A DNA stretch of 64,000 nt, taken from IMG/VR virus record IMGVR_UViG_3300037222_000066. One strand, given 5' to 3'. A program made the position numbers and the translations under genes. The notes under the pieces were generated by a model, which was not told the origin of the DNA, did not search any database, and was given only the letters and a program-made list of their open reading frames with translations. Origin of the DNA: a virus. Below are positions 1-7,981 of this stretch, one piece after another (within the stretch, counting starts at the first letter, position 1; each line of letters opens with the position of its first letter).

Positions 1-139
1 CGGGTCCTGTTGCACCAGAAGGACCATTCACCACAACAACAGGCATCGCGGATACCGGCGAAGGTACATTATGCGTAACCACGGCAACGGGGATAACGTC
101 GGCCGGGGCTCCGATGCCAATGCGAGTAACCGTCATGGC

Positions 140-511
140 TTAATTCCCCGTTATGCCCTGGATAACCTTGAGTTTTCCACTCATGAGCTGAACTCGAATA
201 GGTGGAGCGGAAAAGTCATACATGACAAGATCATAGACATAATCCCCCGGCACGAGCGCCGCGGCTATCACGGTATCCTGCACATTGAAGTGGAGAATAC
301 GTTGATTGATATCGTCAACGACGATAGTGGCGAGGCCTGTCGATATTGTGAGCAGCGCCGCCGGCTGATCCTTATTTCCCTTTACATCTAGGCGAAAGTT
401 CTGTCCGGAAAAATTCCACGACGTATCACCCGCTACACCGAAAATGATCGCATCATTCCAGGTAGCATTGTTCGTAATTTCCATATCAACGCGCGCAGAA
501 GTCTGTGCCAT
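140..511 (-). CDS. hypothetical virion/structural protein (123 aa)
   Basis: ORF co-oriented with and downstream of the capsid gene; no recognisable motif. Confidence 0.45.
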   Translation of the reverse strand: MAQTSARVDMEITNNATWNDAIIFGVAGDTSWNFSGQNFRLDVKGNKDQPAALLTISTGLATIVVDDINQRILHFNVQDTVIAAALVPGDYVYDLVMYDFSAPPIRVQLMSGKLKVIQGITGN

Positions 512-513
512 GT

Positions 514-1209
514 TTATGCCCCACCGCTACCCATACTCGTGAAACTCTTTTGGCTTCGCGTTTTGAACCCTTGCGGAAACGACCAAGCCTGGGCGCCAAA
601 CGTGTTGCCCCGCATAGCCGCAACACGGGCGCGCGAGATACCTTCCTGGAACCGTTTCAAATTATATGTACCCAAAGTGTCACTTGAATAACTCTTTTGG
701 GGGTGGTTCATCATATTCCCCAAAACACCAGCCAAGATGTATCGGCTGTAAACCGGCAAGACCCAGACCGGAGCAATAGGCACCGCGTCGCGCGTGGTCG
801 GTAAGACAACGTTCTTGATTACCGTGACGCGCATGGCCTGCGGAGAACTAGGCGGATTGATCAGATGCAACGTGCCAAAGTCCGGCATGAAGGCAGTCTG
901 CGGGTGAAAGCCCAATGACTGTCCGTTGTTGAGCGCCTCGGCTGCTTCGAGTGCAGCCGAAGTAGAATACAGCGAGCTGGCCGCAGCGCCGCCCAGGCGA
1001 ATAACCTGTCCTTCGCTAACCGATATGTCATAGTCCGCTTGATTGGCCAACGCATCAATATCAACTTGCTCAGTCCAGCAAGACGAAATATCGAAGAACT
1101 CGGTGAAGACTTCAAACAGTTCATTCTTGATGCCGGCATCAGACGCGCCAATCAACTTGATACGCGCCTGGTTCATCAGTCGGGTCATATCCTCGTTGTT
1201 AATAGCCAT
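514..1209 (-). CDS. hypothetical structural protein (231 aa)
   Basis: Abuts neighbours with a 1-nt overlap in the late leftward operon downstream of the capsid gene; possible head-tail or tail-tube component. Confidence 0.5.
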   Translation of the reverse strand: MAINNEDMTRLMNQARIKLIGASDAGIKNELFEVFTEFFDISSCWTEQVDIDALANQADYDISVSEGQVIRLGGAAASSLYSTSAALEAAEALNNGQSLGFHPQTAFMPDFGTLHLINPPSSPQAMRVTVIKNVVLPTTRDAVPIAPVWVLPVYSRYILAGVLGNMMNHPQKSYSSDTLGTYNLKRFQEGISRARVAAMRGNTFGAQAWSFPQGFKTRSQKSFTSMGSGGA

Positions 1210-1664
1210 TACGCAGCCCTCCTAGGAGCGCCGCCGGCCGGGGGCGTGATCATGGTCGAAGCGGCTTGTCCGTTCAAAATTGAATTGAACGCGCCCAAAA
1301 ACGCAGATGCCCGTTGATCCTCGATATCTTCCTGATCGCGCTGGAGCGCGTGGCCTACCATGCCATACAAGAAAGCGAGCCGAAACGCCGGCTCAATGTC
1401 CACTTGCGTGTCGTCTACGGTGGCGAAGTATGGAACCCTCGTACCGTGCTTCCCTATAAACAGGTCAGCACGAATGCGGCGCGCTTCCAACAACATGAGA
1501 TTGAGCGCCGACAATAGCGACGTGTCCTCATATCGAGGCGGACTTATAATATCTTGCAGGAGTATCCGCGCTTCTGTGATATAGTCCTGAACCGTATCCA
1601 GCGCCTGGGATTGATTGCTATCTCTGTCAGCCACGGAAAACCCCCAAGGTTGTCTCCGCACCAT
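1209..1664 (-). CDS. hypothetical structural protein, possible head-tail adaptor (151 aa)
   Basis: Directly downstream of the capsid gene on the same strand. Confidence 0.45.
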   Translation of the reverse strand: MVRRQPWGFSVADRDSNQSQALDTVQDYITEARILLQDIISPPRYEDTSLLSALNLMLLEARRIRADLFIGKHGTRVPYFATVDDTQVDIEPAFRLAFLYGMVGHALQRDQEDIEDQRASAFLGAFNSILNGQAASTMITPPAGGAPRRAA

Positions 1665-1696
1665 ACTGTTTTTGAGTTAACGATTGAATAACGAAA

Positions 1697-1718
1697 GGCC
1701 CGGGAATTACCCCGGGCC
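1697..1718 (-). terminator. intrinsic-terminator-like hairpin downstream of the capsid gene
   Basis: Stem GGCCCGGG / loop AATTAC / stem CCCGGGCC; on the minus strand it is followed by TTTCGTTATT. Confidence 0.4.
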
Positions 1719-1743
1719 CTTATTTAGTGCTTACTCAGGGCTA

Positions 1744-2754
1744 TTAGTTGCCCGGAGTGACCTGAGCCTGAACCAGCGCTTTGCCGTCCACGATCTGATA
1801 ACCGTAGACCTGCAAGCCGCGCAAGATTTGACCGAAGGTCAGCTCGGACCGCAAGGTTTCGACCTTGCTGATCTGGCTGGCAAAAGTCAGTCCGTGCGCG
1901 TGGCCCGCGTAGATCGGCCATTCGCCAGAGTTGAAGTTCGCCGGCTGACTGGTGTTGTTCGGCAGCAAGTTGCTGATGTACAACGTGAACCGGTCGATCA
2001 TGCCCAACCGGCCATTTCGCAGCATCGAGACGCTGTCACCAGACAGATAAGCCTGGCGCAGTTCCGACTGCTTGATCTGGCGACCGGCCCAAGCCGGCAA
2101 CACGACCCAGCGGCCGACTTCCGGGATATTCTGCTCGTCCAGGACCTGTCCCATACGCATCAGAACGTCCAAGAGTTCGATCTGGCCGCCCGTCGGGTTC
2201 TTGGAAACCACGGTGAGCGGAGAGCCTTGGATGCCCAGGTTCAGCGACGCGGTGATGACACCGGCCGTAGTACCCTGGTTTTGAGCAGCCATGCCGCCAT
2301 AGATGCCACCGAGAACGTCCTGGTCCACGGTGATTTTCAGCTGCTGCGCTGCGTCGTCGGACCACATTGACAGAACGTTCAGATCGCTCTGAATTTCCAT
2401 CACGTCGTCCAGGATCAGCGAGAAGTACTTGCCGTTGCCGATATACAACTCGACAGTGCCGGCAGTCGGGCGGTCGAGGCCCAGCAAGCCGTCAGCATCG
2501 TAGTTGTGGATCGAGATCGTGGGCTTCGTGCGGATTTTGACGCGGTCGCCCTTGTTCTTGATCTCGCCCTCGTAATCGGTGTTCGAGATCGCGGCCAGCA
2601 CGGTGCTGGCATAGAACTTTTCGATGAGCTTACCCGACCAGATTTCCGGGATAAATCCCGTAGCCTGGAGGTTGTTGCCCGAAGAACCTACCGGATAAAT
2701 CGCGGGCGTAGTGCCTGCGGTTGCGCCGGGAAAACCTGAACTCGGAATAGGCAT
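1744..2754 (-). CDS. major capsid protein (HK97-fold type, 336 aa)
   Basis: 336 aa, directly follows an Ala/Gln-rich scaffold-like gene; FIPEIWSGKL-type N-terminal region typical of phage coat proteins; strong RBS (rc CCTCTATG context). Confidence 0.7.
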   Translation of the reverse strand: MPIPSSGFPGATAGTTPAIYPVGSSGNNLQATGFIPEIWSGKLIEKFYASTVLAAISNTDYEGEIKNKGDRVKIRTKPTISIHNYDADGLLGLDRPTAGTVELYIGNGKYFSLILDDVMEIQSDLNVLSMWSDDAAQQLKITVDQDVLGGIYGGMAAQNQGTTAGVITASLNLGIQGSPLTVVSKNPTGGQIELLDVLMRMGQVLDEQNIPEVGRWVVLPAWAGRQIKQSELRQAYLSGDSVSMLRNGRLGMIDRFTLYISNLLPNNTSQPANFNSGEWPIYAGHAHGLTFASQISKVETLRSELTFGQILRGLQVYGYQIVDGKALVQAQVTPGN

Positions 2755-2761
2755 AGAGGCC

Positions 2762-2781
2762 CCCTGTTGGTAGGGGCCAGC
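2762..2781 (-). promoter_or_regulatory. stem-loop between scaffold and capsid genes
   Basis: GGCCCCT-GTTGGT-AGGGGCC inverted repeat immediately upstream of the capsid RBS. Confidence 0.3.
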
Positions 2782-2810
2782 ACGTCCTTAACGTGACTTA
2801 TGCCCCCGGA

Positions 2811-3935
2811 TTAGCGGACACGCCCTTCTCGTTGTGCAGCAAAAATGAGTGCTTCATCTGCTGTACGTTCTTTCTCACGTCCGACATAAGATTGTCGTAC
2901 CGGCTGGGAATAGAACTTCGCAATTTGGGCGCGAGTGAAAGTTGGCTTGTCCGCGGGTCCCAGTGTAGCACCAGGGGCCGGCTTCGCCCTGCCAGGAGCT
3001 GCGAGTGATGATAGCGGGACCGCTGCTTGTCTCTGAGGGGCGGCCGGTGTTTCCGACTGCCGCTCTGGCTGCGGGGCTAAATCCTCATTGCCCGTGACTG
3101 CTTCATCTCTGATGAAGCCATCGAAGAATGCTTTGACCTGGGGGCCGTTCGCCGCCTGGTACGCTGCATCCAACATCGCCTTTCTAACCTGACCCGAGTA
3201 AACGTCCCGTAAACGGAGCCAATTTAAAAAGCGAGGATCAGCATTTATTTCTCGCCAGTTAGGAATATCCCTATCCAACAGCTGTCCAACCCGCATTTTG
3301 GCGTCTTGGCGGGCTTGCTGGGTTAGCCTGGCGTTCTGGTTCTTGAGCGCATCCAGCTCAGGACCCACGGTTTCCTGGGCCGCGCGGCGCGCGAGGTCAA
3401 TGAGTTCTGACCCAAAAGCCTGCTCGTCCTCCTGGGTGATCAGCTTGGCGGCCGGCGCCGGCGACTGCTGGCGCTGCTGTTGCTGCGGTTGACGACCCTG
3501 TAAGAGCGTCTGGGTCCGCATCAGCTCGTCCCCGAGCTGGGACATTTGCTCCTGCATGGAGCCAATGGTTTGCTGCGCTGCATCATAACGGCCCTTCATG
3601 GACCGATACCGGTGCTCCCAGTTATCACCCTCAGCTAGCTGCTGGTCAGCCTGAATGTCCGGTTGTTTGACCGGTTCCACAGACGCGGAACCCTCTGGTT
3701 TTGCTGGCTTTTTAGCCCGAATAGGCTTGGGTTTAACCTCGTCGGCGGCCGCTTCGGCCTCCGCGGTGCGCGCGGCTTCGGCAGCGGCCGCGGCCACTTC
3801 CTCCGCGGTCGGCTCGGTCTTGTAATAAGCTTCCGCCTTAGCGGCAGCCTCTTTGACCGATTTTGGGATTAAAACGCTGGTATCTTCGGGGGCGATGGGG
3901 GCAGGCGTGGCGTTACGTTCGACTTCGATAGGCAT
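2811..3935 (-). CDS. scaffolding protein candidate (374 aa, Ala/Glu/Gln-rich coiled coil)
   Basis: Position immediately upstream of the capsid gene; low-complexity EAAAKAEA / QQQQRQQ helical composition. Confidence 0.55.
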   Translation of the reverse strand: MPIEVERNATPAPIAPEDTSVLIPKSVKEAAAKAEAYYKTEPTAEEVAAAAAEAARTAEAEAAADEVKPKPIRAKKPAKPEGSASVEPVKQPDIQADQQLAEGDNWEHRYRSMKGRYDAAQQTIGSMQEQMSQLGDELMRTQTLLQGRQPQQQQRQQSPAPAAKLITQEDEQAFGSELIDLARRAAQETVGPELDALKNQNARLTQQARQDAKMRVGQLLDRDIPNWREINADPRFLNWLRLRDVYSGQVRKAMLDAAYQAANGPQVKAFFDGFIRDEAVTGNEDLAPQPERQSETPAAPQRQAAVPLSSLAAPGRAKPAPGATLGPADKPTFTRAQIAKFYSQPVRQSYVGREKERTADEALIFAAQREGRVR

Positions 3936-3958
3936 GACATTCTCCTAGGCGCGTACGG

Positions 3959-4201
3959 CTATTGCGGTACGGGCGGTTTGGGCTTCTGTTTGTCGCACTC
4001 TCTAAAAACACGCAGCAGGTGCAGGCATTGCCGCGCTTGCCCCTGCAAAACCAAGACGTTGTCCGACCCGGCCGCGGTTACATCGAGAACGACATGGTCG
4101 GTATAGGCAGCAAATGAAGCCACAAAATTGTCCCACCCCTCGGGGTTGGAATTTCGTAGCCGTAGTGCTGTTTCTGTTAAGTCCTTGGGGGGTAAGGACA
4201 T
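3959..4201 (-). CDS. hypothetical protein (80 aa)
   Basis: Co-oriented ORF in the late operon. Confidence 0.35.
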   Translation of the reverse strand: MSLPPKDLTETALRLRNSNPEGWDNFVASFAAYTDHVVLDVTAAGSDNVLVLQGQARQCLHLLRVFRECDKQKPKPPVPQ

Positions 4202-4204
4202 TTG

Positions 4205-4435
4205 TTAGTTGCCGCCTCCGTAACTGCCGCCACCACCATAATCACCGGGAGCCGTCGGGGCGCCGATGGTCGGCGTCGCTTTGGCGTAGTCTTGCATGGT
4301 GCGCGCGGCTGGGTCGCCAGAAGTTAAGGTCTGCATAGCGCTGCGCGACGGCAGTTGCTGCTCGCTGGCACCTTTGCCAGCGTTCTTGACCATCTGGCCA
4401 CCCTTACCTAGCGGGGTCATGTGTTTCTTGAACAT
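4205..4435 (-). CDS. small Gly/Lys-rich protein (76 aa)
   Basis: Tightly packed with neighbours (1-nt overlaps); shares a K-x-HM-x-G-K motif with the 4677-4904 and 45345-45692 products. Confidence 0.4.
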   Translation of the reverse strand: MFKKHMTPLGKGGQMVKNAGKGASEQQLPSRSAMQTLTSGDPAARTMQDYAKATPTIGAPTAPGDYGGGGSYGGGN

Positions 4436-4677
4436 CAGCTCTCTCCCGTTAGCGCGGTATTGCCGAAGCCGAAAGGAGGCGGCGTTGGCTGTTTACCGAA
4501 GTTGGGCTGTCCTGCCTGCTTGCCGTACTGGGTCGTGCTGCCCGGCTGGGGCTTAATGGTTAACGATCCCGGGGGCTGGGCCCGTAAACTGGGCGGGCGA
4601 GACCCCAGAACAAAAGAGGGTCGGGACTGGGCCGTTGGGCCCCGTACCGCCGTTTTCCCCATACGAACGCTCGGCAT
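4435..4677 (-). CDS. small Pro/Gly-rich protein (80 aa)
   Basis: Co-oriented, abutting ORF; low-complexity composition. Confidence 0.3.
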   Translation of the reverse strand: MPSVRMGKTAVRGPTAQSRPSFVLGSRPPSLRAQPPGSLTIKPQPGSTTQYGKQAGQPNFGKQPTPPPFGFGNTALTGES

Positions 4678-4904
4678 TAGCGGGCTCCCGTAATGCCCGC
4701 CGTAGCCGCCTGCGCGCCGGCAAAGCCGTGCATCTTGGTCTTGCCGCCGCTGGCAAACTTCTCGCCAGAGCCAGCGCCGGCGTCGGTCTCGGTCACGCCC
4801 GACTTTTGGGCGCCAACCTTCTGCGCGCCAAACATATGGGTGTTGCCACCCTTGGCGAACTCGACGTTATGCTGCTTCTCTTTCTTCTGGGTATCGACGG
4901 ACAT
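4677..4904 (-). CDS. small Gly/Lys-rich protein (75 aa)
   Basis: Motifs EFAKGGNTHMFGAQK and KTKMHGFAGAQ resemble the 4205 and 45345 products. Confidence 0.4.
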   Translation of the reverse strand: MSVDTQKKEKQHNVEFAKGGNTHMFGAQKVGAQKSGVTETDAGAGSGEKFASGGKTKMHGFAGAQAATAGITGAR

Positions 4905-4967
4905 GGTATCTCTCCCGCTGGATGAAACTGTCTCCGAGAGGATAACCCCTGAAAAACTAATAAGCTG

Positions 4968-5975
4968 TTAAAAGAGGCGGTCTTTCCACGTCCGGGGGGT
5001 CTTGTCCGAGATAATCTCTAAGTCCAAGTGATACTTGAATGGTCGATACCCGCGCACGTCAATTGCTTCCACCATGTTCAAAAGACCCTTGGTTAAGGAA
5101 GTCTTGGTTTCATAGCCCAGGAGCCGGCGGGCCTTATACGACGAACAGTGCGCGTATTTAACTTCTTGCGGGCGACCTGGCATGTAGACAGGAACCAACT
5201 TGAACCGGACTAGATTTGCAATCGTCTGGGCCAACTCGTTGATTGTCACCACACCCTCGTCGGGCCCAATATTGATCACCTCGCCAACCACGTTTTCCTG
5301 GAACGCCATTGCCTTGAGACAGAACAAGCAATCGTCAATGTAGGAGAAGCATCGCTCTTGGGTGCCATCGCCATAGATTACAGGCTGCCGCCCCTGCATC
5401 ATGAGGTTCATCATAATCGAGGCTACGTTGCGGTACGGGTCATCATACTTTTGGCGGGGCCCAATTATGTTGTGGGGTACCGCAATGACATACTCAACGC
5501 CGTGCGTTTCGCACAGGTTTCTTAAAAACTGCTCTACGGCCAGCTTTCCGATCCCGTACGGGTCTTGCGGCCTGCACCGCATGCTCTCGATAAACGGCGG
5601 CATTTGGGTTCCCCCGTAACGCGCCATAGACGAACAGATCACTATACGCTTCACAGAATTCGATATGGCGGCGGAAATTACGGATACACTCGCCCCGACT
5701 ATATTCTGTGTCACAACATGCGGTGAGAACACGCTCAAGCCTTCGTACGCTGTCGCCGCGCAATGATACACTATGTCGCATCCTCGTATCCTTTCCTTCA
5801 CGTCGGAGAAGTCGTTGCAGTCGATCTGGTGAAACTCTACACCAGCCGGGACATTATCCAACTCACCGCCGATCATGTTGTCGATCCCGACAACCTCGTG
5901 TCCGTCAGCCAGCATTACGTCTGCGAGGTGGCTGCCTAAAAACCCAGCCACCCCAGTGATGAATATCCTACTCAC
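4968..5975 (-). CDS. NAD(P)-dependent sugar epimerase/dehydratase (extended SDR, 335 aa)
   Basis: N-terminal Rossmann motif TGVAGFLGSHL (GxxGxxG); catalytic YxxxK as YGIGK; length typical of UDP/dTDP/GDP-sugar epimerases and 4,6-dehydratases. Confidence 0.8.
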   Translation of the reverse strand: MSRIFITGVAGFLGSHLADVMLADGHEVVGIDNMIGGELDNVPAGVEFHQIDCNDFSDVKERIRGCDIVYHCAATAYEGLSVFSPHVVTQNIVGASVSVISAAISNSVKRIVICSSMARYGGTQMPPFIESMRCRPQDPYGIGKLAVEQFLRNLCETHGVEYVIAVPHNIIGPRQKYDDPYRNVASIMMNLMMQGRQPVIYGDGTQERCFSYIDDCLFCLKAMAFQENVVGEVINIGPDEGVVTINELAQTIANLVRFKLVPVYMPGRPQEVKYAHCSSYKARRLLGYETKTSLTKGLLNMVEAIDVRGYRPFKYHLDLEIISDKTPRTWKDRLF

Positions 5976-6579
5976 GATGGATCACGATCAAGAATTCGGG
6001 CATCGTACCGTGGCACTTGTCACACTCGTCCCAGCAATGAGCCTTGCCCAGGCCATTCGGGCACGCGATGGCTTCCCACCGATAGCCCGGCGGCATGGGG
6101 ACGTGATCCATCACGCTCTCGGGCTGACAGTCCAGCGTCACGTCTTCAATGATGTAGACCCCACCAGTCTTGAGAAACGGCAGGAGGGTCTTTGCAGACG
6201 TGATCTGATGCTCCAGTTCGTGCGAGCCGTCGTCAATGATAACGTCGAACAGCGGGTTCTCCCACTTCTCCAGGGACTGGCGCAACTGGGCCGGATTGTT
6301 CTGGTCGCATCCCAGACTATGAATGCGACCCGCGTTAACCAGGCAGGAATAGTTGCTGTCCAACCCGTACACGTCAGCGTTCGGAAAGAACTCCTCCCAC
6401 ATTCGCAGGCTGGAGCCGTAGTTAATTCCAATCTCCAGCAGGCGCAAAATGCTCTCCTGCTTATCCTTGAACAGGTCCCAGTACGCCACCGTGTATGTGT
6501 GGCAGGTGTCGCCGGCGAGATAATGATCGCCGCCTTTATCCGTAGCGTGTTTCTTAGCTAGCTCGCACAGTGGGGTCAT
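5968..6579 (-). CDS. class I SAM-dependent methyltransferase, sugar O-methyltransferase-like (203 aa)
   Basis: HATDKGGDHY N-terminal motif; LEIGINYGSS and DVIIDDGSH SAM-binding motifs. Confidence 0.65.
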   Translation of the reverse strand: MTPLCELAKKHATDKGGDHYLAGDTCHTYTVAYWDLFKDKQESILRLLEIGINYGSSLRMWEEFFPNADVYGLDSNYSCLVNAGRIHSLGCDQNNPAQLRQSLEKWENPLFDVIIDDGSHELEHQITSAKTLLPFLKTGGVYIIEDVTLDCQPESVMDHVPMPPGYRWEAIACPNGLGKAHCWDECDKCHGTMPEFLIVIHRE

Positions 6580-7280
6580 GGGACAAATCCTGTGAATTGA
6601 GTGGCATCGTGGTTGGCGGCATATTGCCTAAACGGGAGACCAGAGTTCAACTCTGTATAGGCCCAGATTGGCAAGTCAATAGGAACCGTGCTGGTACGTT
6701 GAATAAATCTCCTGCACTCCCAATTGTATGAACGATCAATGGCCGGCAGGTATCTTGACGGCCATATGTGGGTCGATCCAACAAACCGCCAGTTTGCACC
6801 GGTGTCGGATGGCACACCTTTCTCCCAGATACCGGGGAACGGAATGTAGTTCATTCTCTCCATGGCTTCGATGCGGCTTATGAATGTGGCAATGATCTCC
6901 TCGGTCACCGGCTTACCAGTCCACGCGCCCTGCTTGAGCACGCCGTAGTCGAGCCACACCCATACGTCTACCCGCGGGTCCGCAGCGGCGGCTATCATGG
7001 CCCACGCGGTGCGCTGGTGTTGCACAATGTTGGACAAGACCATATGCCGCGGCGTGGCGTACCTGTCAGACGGTACCTCCGTTGCCGGCGGCAAGTCAGG
7101 CATAACATGCTCTTTCATGTACCTATACAGCCAGCAATCCTCTAGCGGATAATCGTAGAACACCTTGATCTTGTCCCCGAGCGCCGAAACAAGACCATTC
7201 CCGAGCGCCGTGTATTGCTGGCGCGTCAGGTGCTTCACTTCGAGCGGCACGTAGGCCGTGACGGCTTTGACGATCATCAT
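6576..7280 (-). CDS. tandem paralog B of unknown function, possible group/glycosyl transferase (234 aa)
   Basis: Clear paralogy to 7277-7981 (DCWLY, IVQHQ(R/K)TAW, W(V/I)DYG(V/I)L and C-terminal R(Q/W)Y.A(N/D)H motifs); same length. Confidence 0.5.
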   Translation of the reverse strand: MMIVKAVTAYVPLEVKHLTRQQYTALGNGLVSALGDKIKVFYDYPLEDCWLYRYMKEHVMPDLPPATEVPSDRYATPRHMVLSNIVQHQRTAWAMIAAAADPRVDVWVWLDYGVLKQGAWTGKPVTEEIIATFISRIEAMERMNYIPFPGIWEKGVPSDTGANWRFVGSTHIWPSRYLPAIDRSYNWECRRFIQRTSTVPIDLPIWAYTELNSGLPFRQYAANHDATQFTGFVP

Positions 7281-7981
7281 GCCCTCGCGTAGTTGGTGAA
7301 CATCGTTTCATTGTGGTCCGCCTGGTACCAGCGGATCGGCAGGCTGCCATACTTCTCCACGCGCGCCAGGTCGTTCACTTCCCAGGTCACGTTTCGCTTG
7401 AGGTTGATGTTCCGCATAGTGCGGTCCATGAACTCGTTGGAGAACCGGCGCAGGTACTTGCGGGGCACGACCATCAAGCCCCCGCAGAACCGCCAGGACG
7501 GATTGCTGTCGTCGGACGGCCGATCAGGACCCCAGCATCCCGGGATGGCAAAATCGTCGTCTTTCACCTGCCCGAGGAAGTTGTTGATCACGTCCACGGT
7601 CACGCCCGGTACGTGCAGGATGCCGTAGTCAATCCACACGAAGGTTGTGGCGCTCGGGTCTACGAGGGACGCCGCGCCCAGCCACGCCGTCTTCTGGTGC
7701 TGAACGATATGGTAGGCAAGTGTGTTCTTGGCCGGGTTGTCCCCCATAGAGTGCGTCAAATGAAAAGCGCCGGCCTTCTGCAAGTCCTTGTACAGCCAAC
7801 AGTCTTCAACCGTGTTGTAGAACGCCTTGAACGGCGCGCGGATAGCGCGCAGCCCCTTACCCAACTCACTGTACTCGGACATTGGGCGGGGATGCCCTTC
7901 GATGGGTACAAAGCCGGTGACGACGCGAATTCTAGTCATGCCAGATAAACTCCGATAGCTCGTTGGCGTCCACGGTCGCAA
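7277..7981 (-). CDS. tandem paralog A of unknown function, possible group/glycosyl transferase (234 aa)
   Basis: Paralog of 6576-7280; 4-nt overlaps with both neighbours. Confidence 0.5.
   Translation of the reverse strand: MRPWTPTSYRSLSGMTRIRVVTGFVPIEGHPRPMSEYSELGKGLRAIRAPFKAFYNTVEDCWLYKDLQKAGAFHLTHSMGDNPAKNTLAYHIVQHQKTAWLGAASLVDPSATTFVWIDYGILHVPGVTVDVINNFLGQVKDDDFAIPGCWGPDRPSDDSNPSWRFCGGLMVVPRKYLRRFSNEFMDRTMRNINLKRNVTWEVNDLARVEKYGSLPIRWYQADHNETMFTNYARA

Noticed and set aside
1684-2370. 228-aa plus-strand ORF opposite the capsid gene
   Set aside because: It is antisense to a well-supported capsid gene. It has Arg/Ala/Val-rich GC-frame composition and no RBS.
4114-4971. Chain of overlapping plus-strand ORFs (74-96 aa)
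   Set aside because: They are antisense to tightly coupled minus-strand genes and have Arg/Ala/Pro-rich composition typical of GC-rich antisense frames.
5875-6561. 228-aa plus-strand ORF opposite the methyltransferase gene
   Set aside because: The minus-strand frame carries clear SAM-MTase motifs. The plus frame has none.
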